Origin: Mobula hypostoma
Lineage: Eukaryota
Direction of reading: 5' to 3'
DNA: 64,000 nucleotides
NCBI RefSeq assembly: GCF_963921235.1
Contig: NC_086097.1
Location: 199,580,001 to 199,644,000 of the forward strand
Every line of letters starts with the position of its first letter. Within the stretch, counting starts at the first letter, position 1. The notes beneath the pieces are model-generated. The model ran no database searches and had not been told where the DNA came from. It saw only the letters and a program-made list of their open reading frames with translations. Below are positions 36,963 to 51,967 of this stretch, one piece after another. A program made the position numbers and the translations under genes.

Positions 36963-37115
36963 TATAACTGACATGTATAATGAACAATCAGTTCAGGTGC
37001 ATGCACAGTTCACATGAAGTACAGACTAAACAAGGTCCTGCAGGCAATGACACACAGAGCCATGGAAAGCCTGCGATATCAGAATACTTATGTTCATTCT
37101 ATTTGCTTATGCCAC

Positions 37116-37701
37116 TGTAACACGCTGTAAGAGTCCACTGCTATGTAATGGTTTTTTTGTAATGTTCACTGTTGAAGTAATGGTTTCTCTGTAGCAGCAA
37201 TGTTTGGGTTATGGCCGGAGATAACCTGACTGTTAGCCAATCAGGATTTTGTTGCCCTGTCTTGTGATTCTGGAAGCAGTTGTTTTCACAGGCTTTTGTA
37301 GAGGGGGAGAGAGAGAGATGAAGAGAGAAGACGTGAATAGAGAGTTTGGTAGACTGTCATATGGGGTGGACTCGGAGTAGGGGTCCAAAGGCTGGCGACG
37401 CTCGGAGGAGATCGGTGGTGGAAGAAGAACTACTGAACTGTGTGAGCTCCAACTTCGTGTGCACAGACTGTTTAATAAGATTTAAGCCATTTTTCTTTTA
37501 TATTTTGTTTCTCTACTAAGCATATCATCAAAGTAAGAGTTTTGAAGTTTAATCACATGTTGTGTAGTTTGTTTTCTCGGGGTACCGATTTGTAAGAGGG
37601 GATATATCGCACAGCATCTAGTCAAACAAGATTTCTTAAGTTTGGCCGGGCAGGGGGTTATCACCCCCTCTAATAAGCCGCTAGGCAAAGTGAGTGTTAC
37701 A
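37116..37701. mobile_element. Solo LTR
   Basis: Termini TGTAACAC..GTGTTACA; flanks CCAC and CCAA. Confidence 0.75.
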
Positions 37702-37824
37702 CCAAGAAAGATGGAATGAGATCCAGTATGCACCGCAGGCTGAGAGATATAGTATAAATCTGTAACAACCATCTGTGAGGGAAAAAAAATGTTCAGTATC
37801 ACAGTTGCCTTCACAGCTCAGATT

Positions 37825-38137
37825 GCATAGCGAATAGTGCACTGCTTGATAGTATTAGTGATCACCCACCAAGGTTCAACTCCCACCACTGTCTGTAAGG
37901 AACATATATGTTCTCCCCGGGACAGCGTGGGTTTCCTCTGAGTGATCCAGTTTCCTCCCACAGTTCAAAGATGTACAATTCAGGTTAATGTGTTGTGGGC
38001 CTGCTACATTGGTGCCAGAAGTGTGGCAACACTTATGAGACTGCCCCCTACATCATCCGGCCTCCGTAGGTCATTGATGGCAAGACAGGTTTCACTGTAT
38101 GTTTTGATGTTACGCTGTACCTGTGACAAATAAAGCT
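37825..38137 (+). mobile_element. V-domain (HE1-like) SINE
   Basis: GGTTCAACTCC B-box-like; GCGTGGGTTTCCTC..CAGTTTCCTCCCACAG V-domain; AATAAA at end. Confidence 0.8.
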
Positions 38138-38431
38138 ATTTTTTCTCTCAATGCAGATCTCTCAGCATGCATTCCAAGGTTGCCCTGTTAATCTAAACTT
38201 CAGCATTCCTTACTCTTTGAGACCAAAAATATTCCAAATATTCAAGATTGTTTAATGTCATTTCCTGTACACAAGTTTAAAGAAGAACAAAATAATTATT
38301 ACTCTAGATCTCATGCAGCACAAAAAAACACTAAAGGTAAAGAACCCAATAATAATAAGAAAAACACAATAAACATAGATAGTTCATATACATAGACTGA
38401 TTGTGCGTCCATAAAGTGATGCTAGACTGTA

Positions 38432-39515
38432 CATAGAAATTTACAGCACATTTCAGGCCCTTCAGCCCACAATGTTGTGCCCAGAATTTCCCTACCGCAT
38501 AGCCCTCTATTTTCTCAGCTCCATGTCTCTTAAAAAACCCTATTGTATCCGCCTCTACCACCTTCGCTAGCAGTGCATTCCATGCACCCACCACTCTCTG
38601 TGTGAAAAAGATACCTCTGACAAACTATGCCCTCTCACGTTAGCCATTTCAGCCCTGGAAAAAAGCCTCTGGCTATCCACATGATCAATGCCTCTTATCA
38701 TCTTATGCACCTCTATCAGGTCCCCCCTCATCCTCCGTCGATCCAAGGAGAAAAGGCCAAGTTCACTCAATCTATTCTCATAAGGTACACTCTCTAGTCC
38801 AGGCAGCATCTTTGTATATCTCCTCTGCACTCTCTCTATGCTATCCACATTCTTCCTGTAGTGAGCTGACCTGAACTGAACACAGTACTCCAAGTGGCGT
38901 CTAACTAAGGTCTTATGCAGCTGTAACATTACTCCATGACAGGATTGATGAAGGTCAGCAGACCATATGCCTTCTTAACAACACTGTCAACCTGTGCATC
39001 AGCTTTGAGAGTCCTTTGCACCCTTGCTGATCTTCCACACTGCCCAGAGTCTTACCATTAATATTATATTCTGTCTTCAAATTTGACCTACTGAAATGAA
39101 CCACTTCACACTTTGAACTCCATCTGACATTTCTCAGCCCAGTTCTGCATCCTATTGATGTCACACTGTAACCTCTGACAATCATCCAGACAGTCCACAA
39201 CACCCCCAACTTTTGAGTCATCAGCAAACTTACTACCCTCTCTTCGACTTCCTCATCCACAACCACCCTTTGCCTTCACACATCAAAGTTGCTGGGGAAT
39301 GCAGCAGGCCAGGCAGCATCTCTAGGAAGAGGTACAGTCGACGTTTCAGGCCGAGACCCTTCGTCAGTTTCAGGTCAAGACCCTTTGCCTTCTGTGGGCA
39401 AGCCTGTTCTGGATCCACAAAGCAAGGTCTCCTTAAATCAAGATGCCTCCTTACCTTGATCCTCGCATGGGGAGCTTATCAAATGCCTTACCGAAATCCA
39501 TATACACTAGATCCA
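38432..39515 (-). mobile_element. Decayed CR1 LINE 3' half
   Basis: HLEYCVQFRSAHYRK and RGDLIEVHKMIRG. Confidence 0.9.
39278..39379 (-). mobile_element. Penelope-derived short element with hammerhead core
   Basis: ACCCTTTGCCTTC duplicated at 39265-39277 and 39380-39392; core at 39336-39367. Confidence 0.85.
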
Positions 39516-42508
39516 CAGATAAGACAACTGACAGAAAATCATAAAGCAGTGGTGGAGCTAGTGGGTGGAGGTATTGATCAGCCTTACTGCTTGAGGAAAG
39601 TAACTGTTATTGAGTCTGGTTGTTCTGGTGTGGGTGCTTTGTAGCCTTCTCCCTGATGGGAATGGGACAGAGACACAATGAGCAGGGTGGGTGGGGTCCT
39701 TCATAATGTTACTGCTCTTTTCTGGGACCTTTCAATATATTATGTCCTTAATAGAGGGTAGTCTGGTGCTGGTGATGTGTTGAGCAGGATTGACTAAATG
39801 TTGTAGAGACCTTCTGGTCGCTGCAGTGCAGTTTCCATACCAAGCAATGTTGCAGATTCTCAGGGTGCTCTCTACTGCACATCTGGAGAATGATGTGAGT
39901 ATGGATGTGCAAAGTCCTGCTCTCTTCAGCCTCCTCAGAAAGTAGGGGTGTTGGTGAGCTTTCTTGACTGTGTAGGATGCACTCTGGGACCATGAGAAAT
40001 TGCGTGTGATGTGCACTCCCAGGATTTAGAAACTGCTTCCAGTTTCCACTGCTGTGCAGCCAATTCAAACAGGAGGTCTGAGTGGTGAAAGTTCTCCTGA
40101 AGTCGATAACCATCTCATTGACATTAAGGAAGAGATTATTTGCCTGTTACCAGACCTCACACTCTTCCACCTCCTCTCTTTACGCTGTCTCATCGTTGAT
40201 GGTGATGAACCCCACTACAGTTGAGTCTTTGGCGAGCTTGATGACATGATTGCTCGGGTGCTTGGCCCTGCAGTGTTGCATGAGCATTTGTAGAGGAATG
40301 GGCTCAGCACACAGTTCTGGGGCACTCGTGTTGAGAATGATGGAGAGGGAAGAGGGATTGTGCATGTTCCAAGGTCTGTGAGACAATAGTGTTGAGTGCC
40401 AAACTGAAATCCAGAAACAGCATTCTGACATAGCGTCCTTGTTTTGTAGGTGTGTCAGGACCAGGTGAATGACAAATGCTATGTCATCTGCCACAGAGCG
40501 GTTCTGTTGATAAGCATGTTGGTGAATGGATAGAAGTAGGATAGAATGGAGACAGAGCATGAAGGTTATATGCTTAATCAGATGAAGGTCTAGAAATTCT
40601 TTAGATTTTGTGTTGCATGCAAAGGATTTAGTTATAAAACACAATTGCTAAATCAGATGTCTGGCTTGTACAGTGACACAAAAAATTATGTGTCCCAAGA
40701 CAAGTGAAAACTAATCCTGTACTACATCCAGGGGAGCAGCCCAAACTTTGGTTTGTTGCTGTGATGCTCAGCCTGTGAATTCACGAACAGGTCGGTCTTT
40801 CTTTAGGGTTCTTATTTCCCCCTTGAATCCTACTTTACTGCTTCCTTGTAAATAACTTTCATGTCCTCCAACCGTCCTAAATCAGTTTCATCACTGGGAT
40901 ATTCCAAATGTTTGCATCTCCGGCCACCGATGCCTCTGGCCAGAGCCTTAATTTATGATTAAGCCCTGTCCCCACATACTCTGATGGAGATCCCACACTG
41001 GAAGCAGTGATCCCTTCAATCTTACCCATCGTCCTTCAATGACCCCTGAAGGTTTGAACCCCTCTTTCCAATACCTGGCTGATACTCAGCATTTCACAGT
41101 ATATTTCTTTAATGGCAGAGCATTCAGTGAGCAATAGAATGTTACTGTGCAGTATCAACAAACAGAACATATCTTGTCCCCTTCTGAATACCAATTTAAT
41201 GTACCTTTTTAAAATTCAGAGAGCAAATTTTAGAGCCATACTTTTTTTTCTCCCTTTTAACTTTATACTCCTGATGGATAGCTTTGTGCTTTTGCAGCTC
41301 ATCGGAAAGATAAACGCCCAGTGATATATGAATTTTCAATTTGATGTACAGCACATGCTCAAATGTTTGTTATCGACTGCTAGTGAGTAAGACTCCATGC
41401 TGGGCACACAGATTTGAAAATTCATACCTAATATGCTTTCTAGCCATTTAATTTTCTTATAATACAAAATGGGATTGCAAATTGAGCTAAACCAATCTTC
41501 CCTGTCAGCTGGAGATATTTTATTAATACGACTTTTTTTGAAGGTTCATTATATGCTTTCACTTTGTGGAGACATCACTCTTTAACACACACAACTTTTT
41601 CTTCTAATTTATTTGTTGCAATATTAAACAATGTCATCATATTTCCTTATAAATTAGATTTCTAGCTCCAGTACCACTCTATTTTAAAAGTGAGACAGTA
41701 TACTGAGAAACTGGTCATACGAGTCATAAAAATAATGTGTGTCTCTGTAAAGTAAAAGTGGCCTGACATTTGGCTCAGACCCCTGGCAGCTGCATAGACT
41801 GGCAATTACTCATCTTTGCCAGGAACATGGAGCAGGAAAGAACAGGTTGAAAAGAAGAACAAGAGGGTAGAAAATGAAGACAAGGAGAAAGGAAAAATAA
41901 GAAGATAAAGGGAGGATGAAAAAATATGGTGTCCATTTCTGATCTGACAGCAGGTAATAGCAGATTAGTTTGCATTTCAAATAAATACCACTCCAGTTCC
42001 CCTATACATGCTTTCTGTTCCTTCTGTCCTTGACCACAATTATGGAATACAAATCTAATCAAATCAACATCCCAGACTATATTTATACTTTTAACCATGC
42101 CAGCAATCAGTATAACATCAACAAAATACCCTTCTACCTTCCTTTGGTGCCTGCCCTCCATGTGACTTTGCTTATCTTGGTGTTTCTACACAAGTTAATG
42201 GTCCAGTATGGACTAGACGTACTGAATGTCCTGTTTCTGTGCTGTCGGGTTCTATGACTCTATGACTCTCGAACTCCACGTGATCTTTAGAAGTTTCCAG
42301 GCTTTCATTGGGGAAAACTGCTGCAACCGGCAGCTGTGGCCCTAGAAAGTCTGTCCTCAGTACATACCACTCCCTGTAACCAGCAGCTGAATTGCACACA
42401 ACCAGCTGTGATATCATTGCAAGAATGACCATGGTGAGCCTTAACAAGGACAGCGGATGTTATTCTGCAGCATTACTGACATTCCCCCAAGGCAGAACTG
42501 CAGCAATG

Positions 42509-42588
42509 CAGGGGTTTCCAATCTGAGGTCCACAGAACCCTTGGTTAATGGCAAGGCATTATGCATAATAAGTGGTTGGAAGCTCCTG
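42509..42588. mobile_element. hAT-type MITE
   Basis: CAGGGGTTTCCAA..TTGGAAGCTCCTG; homologous to 20491-20570. Confidence 0.65.
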
Positions 42589-42834
42589 AATCACAGCTGA
42601 AATGCCTTTAACTATTAAGATCCCTTTGATATTTGTATTCACTATATGAGAGCAGCTGTCTGAATTTGCATTAGGGTTAGAATGTGATTACAGAGGCAGT
42701 GGGAAAATCATCCATCTTGTGCTTCTTAATCTTGTCACTTGAGATTCAGTGTCATGCAACCCTGCCACTTTGATCTGGCCCAGAGTAAGGGTTAGGATTA
42801 GGGTTTCAGACCGGGCTTCTGCCATAATGCTTAG

Positions 42835-43132
42835 GAATGAGGTAGGAGATACAGAAGCCTGAAGGCACACACTCTGCAATTCAAGAACAGCTTCTTCCCC
42901 TCTGCCATCCAGTTCTGAAATGGACATTGAAACCTTGAACACTACCTCACTTTTTTAATACATATTATTTCTGTTTTTTATACAATTTTAAATCTGTTCA
43001 ATATATATATACTGTAGTTGATTTAATAACTTATTATTTTTTCTTCAATATTATGTATTACATTGAACTGGGGCTTCTAAGTTAACAAATTCCACAACAC
43101 ATGCTGGTGATAATAAACCTGATTCTGACTCT
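42835..43132 (+). mobile_element. Rex1-type LINE 3' end
   Basis: AACAGCTTCTTCCCCTCTGCCATC; AATAAACCTGATTCTGA tail. Confidence 0.75.
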
Positions 43133-45205
43133 GCTGCATTGCGATGAATATTGGCATACAGCTATATTTAAAAGAATATCCTTAACATATTCCATTCTTC
43201 ACCATGATAAGGTAATACATTATCAATATAAAATGAAAATTAAACAAGTTCAGCTGCATGATGGCCCACAAGCATTGGAATGGAAATGGCCAACATTTCC
43301 ATGTGGGGAAGGGTGAAAACCCAGCTCTATAAAAAGTCATGTGCATGGACTGAGTTGCTCTGTAATGCCTCATTTAACACATTCTTTTCTGGCAGAGTTA
43401 TCTTTGCACTGAGGGTTTCATTAAGCAACTTATCAACCCCCTTTTTTAAGCTGCCTTATCATAATGATGGAGATGCTGTGAAGACGTTAATAACTGGCTT
43501 AGTATTGTCCAACCTCAAAAATCAGGAGCATGAGCAAACAAGAGGAGCTGTGTGTGCTGGAAGCACCAAGATAGAATGGACATACTGACCTCTAAACACA
43601 TGCTCCAGGGGACTGTGTTTCATTGTATCTATGTATTTTACTTGCATGGTCATGTTATATAACAATTTATTTTATAAGGAAGTGACTACCTTAAAGATAC
43701 TGGAGCCCATCCATTGATTCCCTTCAGAACTTTAAAATGCAATGACTCAATGAAATAATTTAGTATAGATCCAAATGACAACATAAGGATAGGATTTGAG
43801 CGTAGCTTGCTATCTAGTCTGATAAAATTTTCTGCAGAAGTATGCTACTGAAGCTAATATAACAACCAGAAAGCAATAGGTCATGATGCTTTGTCAAAAA
43901 TGAGTCATTAGGCAACATGTGTCATGATAGAACTTTTTGATTAGATATGATGAAAATTGTGCAATATTATGGGTAATTTTGCACTATTAGCGAAATATGC
44001 AGGTGCTGGCTTTGATTTCCATGCATTTCCTGAATAATTTTTTTTTCACTTAACATTTCAAACTCAACACATATAAGCTTTTGGACAAATACTCCAGTGA
44101 GAAAAAGAAATGTGCAGAGCACACTGGAGCAGCTGGGGAATAATTCTGACCGGATAGGCTGCCCCGAAAGCCAACATTGAGCAAATTTGTAGAGAGATTG
44201 CAGACTGTTGCAAAAAAACACGAGGTTGTCATAGCAGGCGATTTTAACTTTGCACATATCCGACTTCCATACTGTAAAAGGTCTGGATGGGAAAGAGTTT
44301 GTTAAATGTGTTCAGGAAAGTTTCATTAATCAGTACATAGAAGTCCCAACCAGAGAGTGTGCAATACTAGATCTCTTAATAGGGAATGAGACAGGGCAGT
44401 GACAGAAGTTTGTGCAGAGGAACACTTTGCATCTAGAGATCATAATGTCATTAGTTTCAAGGTAGTTATGGAAAAGGATAGGTCTGGTCCTTGGGTTGAG
44501 ATTCTAAATTGGAGAAGGGTATCAGAAAGGATCTGGCAAGTGTGAATCGGAACAGGTGGTTTTCTGGCAAAGGTGTACTTAGTAAGTAGGAGGCATTCAA
44601 AAGCAAAATTTTGAGAGTACAAAGCTTGTATGCTCCTGTTGGAATAAAAGTCAAGGATAACAGGTTAAGGGAATCTCGGCTTTTGAGTGATATTGAGGCC
44701 CTGGTTAAGAAAAAGAAGGAGGTGCATAGCAGGCATAGGCAGGCAAGAGCAAATGAGGAACTTAAGGAGCGTAAGGAATGCAAAGGAACACTTAAGAAGA
44801 AAATTATAGGCCAATGAGGCTGACATCAATAGTGGGAAAGTTACTGGAAATTATTCTAAGGGACCAGATATATAAATATTTGGATAAACAGGAACTGATT
44901 AGGGACAGTCAAAGATGGCTTTGTGCATGTAAGTCATGTCTAACCAATCTTATAGGTTTTTCAAGGAAGTTACCAGGAAGGTTGATGAAGGCAAGGCTGT
45001 GGATGTTGTCTACATGGACTTTGACAAGGTCCCACATGGGAGGTTGGTCAGGAAGGTTTAGTTGCTTGGCATTCAAGATGAGGTAGTAAATGGATTAGAC
45101 ATTGACTTTGTGGGAGAAGCTAGAGAGAGGTAGTAAGTGGTGACTGGAGGCCTGTGACTACTGGAGTGCCACAGGTATTGGTGCTGGTCCATTGTTTGTC
45201 ATTTA

Positions 45206-46640
<1,435 letters not shown>

Positions 46641-48511
46641 TATGTCAACAATCTGGATGATAATGTCATTAACTGGATCAGCAAATTTGGGGATAATACC
46701 AAGATTCAGGATGTAGTGGACAGCAAGAAAGACAATCTTAGCTTGCAACAGGATTTGGACCTGCTAGTGAAATGAGCTAGAAAAATTGCAGATAGAATTG
46801 AATGCAGATAAATGTGAGGTGTTGTACTTTGGGAGGACCACCCATAGTAGTTCTTACATAGTGAGTGGTGGGGCATTGAGGACTGCAGTAGAACAGAGGG
46901 ATCTGGAAAAACAAATCTGTAATTCCTTGAAACTGGTGCCATAGATACCTAGGGTTGTAAAGAAAGATTTTTGCATACTGCTCTTCATAAATCAATGTAT
47001 TGAGTGCGGGAGTTGGGATATTATTTTGGAATTATTTAAGACATCAGTCAGGCCTAATTTGGAATATTGTGTGCAGTTTTGGTCACGTACCTACAGGAAA
47101 GTTGTCAGTCAGATTGGAAAAGTGCAGCAAAAATTTGCAAGGATGTTGTTGGGACTTGATACCTGAGAAAGGGTAAACAGGTTATCAATTTATTTCCTGG
47201 AACTCTGAAGATTGAGGAGAGATTTGATGGAGGTATACACAATTATGAGAGTAAAGATATTGTAAATGTAAGCAGCCTTTTTCCACTGAGGTCGGGTGAG
47301 ACTAGAGCTGGAGGTCATGTGTTAAGTGAGAAATGTGAAATACTTAAGGGGAACATGAGGGAAAATTTCTTCACTCAGAGTGTGGTGAGAGTATGGAACA
47401 AGCTGCCAAAGCACATGGTGGGAGCAGGTTTTATTTCAACATTTAAGAGGAATTTAGATAGGTACATGGATGGGAGGGTTATGGAGGGCCATGGTTTGGG
47501 TGCAAGTCAACAGGACTAGGCAAGATAATGATATGACAGAAATGGGCCAAAAGCCTGTTCTTGTGTTGCCGTTTTCCACGACTCAAAAGGCTCCAGGCTG
47601 TAATGATTCTTTTTCTGATTGCACAGAGGTAACATGATACAAAAGCATAACTACATTGAGCAAATAATTTTAATACATTTATTTCTTCATCATGACAGTG
47701 GATATAGAGAAGTGTTATCGATATAATTTATTAAAGCTATTTCTATATAATGGAAATAAGAAAATAATTTTACTCAGATGATGTTTAACTAATAGAAATT
47801 AATGCAAAGTAGAACTCAGTACTACATTTGCAAAAATATTTTATACTTTTTCAAACAAGACTTGGAGTGAGTACAAAGTAACCTTACAGTATGTCACTTG
47901 AGAGCGGCCAAGACTGTTTAATTAAAGCTTGCATGGTTCCAATCATCACCAACTGTTCATGCTTAAAAAAAGATCTGCAAAACACAATCAGGAGAAAAAT
48001 GTTAACTTTTTACTACCTGTTAAAAACCTAGTGAATCATGCAATGTTAGAAGAAAATTTTAAAGTTAGGAGGTTGTTCTTTGCTTTTCCACTAAGTGTAA
48101 TATAGTTTAGGTAATTTGTGGTTTAATATGTAGCTTTCATAATCATTTACATTAGGCAGAATTTGAAATGGTGTTTGATAATTGATAAAAATGAAGAGCA
48201 TGGTTCAGTTTTCTGTGCCAATGCAAGGTTGTGAGGGTCACAGGAAGAAGAGAAAGGAGGCAAAATAATAAGTGTGGCCAGGTTTAGAGAGAGAATTGGA
48301 TTCATCTGGGAAAATTAGTTTGTATTCTAGTATATGAATAAAGAGGAGGAAAAATGATTGACTAGGATTTTAAAAACCTTCCAACTGTGATAAGCCATTC
48401 TGTCCCAGAGGACCTATGAAGACATTTGCATGTGATGTAATGAGTATCTAGGAAATTTATTTCAATGATCCATTCTAATACCACTTTCTAATATTCTAAT
48501 ACATTCTAATA

Positions 48512-49727
48512 CATGGCCTTGGATCACTTGGATAATGCAAACACCTATGTCAGGATACTGTTCATTGACTATAGCTCAGCATTTAACACCATCGTTCCTG
48601 TAGTCCTGATTGAAAAGATCCGGAACCTAGGCTTCTGTACCTCCCTCTGCAACTGGATCCTCAACTTCCAAACCGGCAGACCCCGATCTGTGTGGATTGG
48701 AGACAACGTCTCTACCTCACTGACAATCAACACTGGCACACCTCAGGGATGTGTGCTTAGCCCACTGCTCTACTCCCTCTACATCCATGACTGAGTGGCA
48801 AGGCACAGCTCAAATGCCATTTTTAAAATTTGCTGATGATACAACCATCATTGGCAGAATTTCATATGGTGACGAAAGGGAGTACAGGAATGAGATAGAC
48901 CAGTTAGTTGAGTGGTGTCATAGCAACAACCTTGCACTCAACATCAGCAAGACCAAGCAGCTGATTGTGGACTTCAGAAAGGAAAAGGGGGAACACAAAC
49001 CAATCCTCATAGGGGGATTAGAATCCGAGAGGGTGAGCAATTTCAAGTTCCTGGGTGTCAATATCTCTGAAGATTTAACCTGGACCCAATATATTGATGC
49101 AGCTATAAAGAAGGCAAGACAGTAGCTATGTTTCATGAGGAACTTGAGGAGATTTGGTTTGTCAACCAAAACACTCGAAAGCTTCTACAAATGTACCGTG
49201 GAAATCAGTCTCACTGCATCAGCATCTGGTAAGAGGGGAGGAGGGGGGGGGGGCAACTGCACAAGATCGAAGTAAATTGCAGAAGCTTGTAAGATTAGTC
49301 AGCTCCATCATGGGTACCAGCCACCATAGTGTCCAAGGGATCTTCAAGAAAGGCAGCGTCCATCATTACCTATTGAGCGTCCTCACCACCTCGGACATGC
49401 TGTCTTCTCTTTGTTACCATCAGGAATGAAGGTACAGAAGCCTGAAGGCACTCACTCAACGATTCAGCAACAGCTTCTTCCCCTCTGCCAGCTGATTTCA
49501 AATTGGACATTGAACCCATGAACACTACCTCACTACTTTTTATTTGTTTTTTTTTTTGCAACATTTATTTCAACTTAACAATTTCATAGACATATACAGT
49601 ATATACAGAGTAATTCTGCTTTTTTTCCTCTGTATGTATTTATCATGAATTTCATTGTACTGCTACCATAAAGTTAACAAACTTCATGCCATAAGCCAGT
49701 GATACTAAACCAGATTCTGATTCTGAA
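48512..49727 (+). mobile_element. Rex1/Babar-type LINE 3' half
   Basis: [40 protein letters not shown] and LALNISKTK; GATTCTGA tail. Confidence 0.93.
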
Positions 49728-50289
49728 AAATCTTGCTGTGCTTGGTGCCAAGATTATTTAGTCCAACTTTAAATGATACAGAAATCATATAAGTTCAAAT
49801 ATATTCAAAATGATTCCCTTCCAATCTATATAGGGTGTTATTGAAGATATCCTGCACAGAACCATATATCTCCACCATCAATCTCAAAATAATGTTATAC
49901 AGCAAAAGATACAATTCTATGCAAATTGTGTTCCACATCCATGATAACACAATGAGTAATATGCATTGTGTACCCAATAAAGACAATATTTCTCATATCG
50001 GATATCCTAATCTACCGTCTTGCTTCAAATGGGTGTTTGTCAAATCTGGGAATTTGGATCACTGAAGGTATTTAAAGGGGAGCAGAACAAATTTTGAAAG
50101 ATCGGGGAAGTCAGGGCTATGGAATATTGACAGAGAAGTGACAGTGAGGCCTAGAGAAAATATACGGTCACAATCAGAATCAAGTTTAGTGTCACTGGCA
50201 ATGGTCAGGCTGGCATCTCAGCACACGTAGCCTTCTACTTCCTAACTGCCTGGTTTCTGCTGTATTTCTCAATGATTCCATGACAGGGG

Positions 50290-50705
50290 ACCAGACACTG
50301 TTCTCTGCAACAAAGACGGAAAATGCTGAAGGCTCTGTTGCCAGCCTAGTGCTAGGGTTGAGGACTGGAGAAAAACTTAAAGTGGCATTTGTTGTCGTCC
50401 TTCTATGTGCTAACAACACTGGAAGGGAGATGAGGGATTATGAAGAGCTCAGGGCACAATTGAAAAGGATGATAATCTCTGGATTATTATCTGAACCACC
50501 TGCAAACTGGCAAAAGTTTAAGAGGATTTGAGAAGTGACTGCATGGCTCAGTGTGCAGTGTGGTAAAAATGAATTATAATTCATAGGACATTGGCATCAA
50601 TATTGCAGAAGGAGAGATGATGGACTTCACTTGATTCATGCTGGGATGATTATCCTTGTGAATTGTACAAAGAGGTTTGTAGACAGGGCTCTAAACAAAT
50701 AGGAA
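50290..50705 (+). mobile_element. CR1 ORF1 SGNH-esterase remnant
   Basis: VVVLLCANNTGR..IISGLL and downstream GATGGACTTCACTTG (DGLHL). Confidence 0.6.
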
Positions 50706-51967
50706 GGAGTAGAGCTACTAGGACTTAGTGTTTCAATCCCTATGGTAAGTCGGCACTCTCGATGTTGGCAGTGGGTTTAGAGTGGTGACAAGGAGGGAGG
50801 GTAGGTACGTCATCGGGGTCATCAGGTGGGCACCCTCCTTCTTTGACATTTCGTTGATAAGCCCACAACATCTCCAGAGGGCTCAATGGTGCTACCTGGC
50901 ATCCCAGATACACCCCCCTCAGTTCCATACCCTCCTGTCTTCATCTTGCAGCCCAGTTGTTGTCTTTCCTTTTAATCCAAATCCAGTTGCTGCTTTCTTC
51001 TGCTGAATGGATGTTAAACAAGTCAAGAGGAAAAGGAGGAGAAATAGCAAACAATAGTGAGGGGGAAATGAACAAAGTGTGATGACTTGAGCAGAAAATG
51101 TTAGCAAAAGTAACTTTAAATTGTTGGGATGAAAGTTTAGGACAGATATAAGAGGTAAATTTTTACATAGAGAATGGGAGGTGCGTGGAATGTGCTTACA
51201 GGGGTGATGGTGGAATAGAATTTTATGTGCTTAACAAAAGCTACAGACCTTTACTTCCATTATGAACAAACCAAAAGCAGTAGCCTTACACTGACGTTAT
51301 GGCATCAGACACCATCTCACAAAGTGAACAGAACAACTCAATGATGGTTTGTGAATTATGCAGAATAGTTTCTATTATGAATATGTTTCATCTGTCACCT
51401 ATTACATCACCCTAATACATTAAGGATATTTAAGGGAGTCTGAAATGCACATGGATGAAAGAAAGATGGAGAGCTACATGGGATGGAAGAGTTAGATTGA
51501 TCTGGGATTAGGTTAAATGGTTGGCACAGCATTTTAAGTCAAAGGGCCTAGACTGTGCTGTACTGTTCTATTTATATGTCCTCTATTGTCATGGCTTCTA
51601 AAACACCAGCTCCCAAGTACTTGACCTGGTCGGATAAAGGCAGCTGTGTCATAGGAACCCTACAACCTTTAGCTTTGCCTACCAAGTGTACACTATCATG
51701 ACTTGGAAATTTATTTATTTTCCTCAGTCTAACTAAAAGCACATAGGGCGTACTTTCACCACAAAGACTTTGGCAATTCAAAGCAGTAGCTCACCACAAA
51801 TTTCTCAAGGGTGTTAGGAATGGATGATAAACGTCAGCAATCCCCCACGTCCTGAAAATAAGCCAAAGAATGAGCAAAGCAAAGCTGCAGAAGGACAGTA
51901 TAAAAATGTTTATCCAACAGGTTGCAAGCAAAAGTAAGGAGAGATAGGGAAGAGTCTTAAAATCTAT

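Larger units (their letters stand above)
38240..40530 (-). mobile_element. Rex1-type LINE interrupted by CR1
   Basis: YQQNRSVADDIA, KKAHQHPYFLRRLKR and AWYGNCTA; tail near 38240. Confidence 0.85.

Noticed and set aside
41298..41385. Plus-strand exon with good splice signals
   Set aside because: Stops in all three frames.
48470..48512. Short CATTCTAATA tandem repeat
   Set aside because: Simple slippage repeat at a LINE 5' junction with no further structure.
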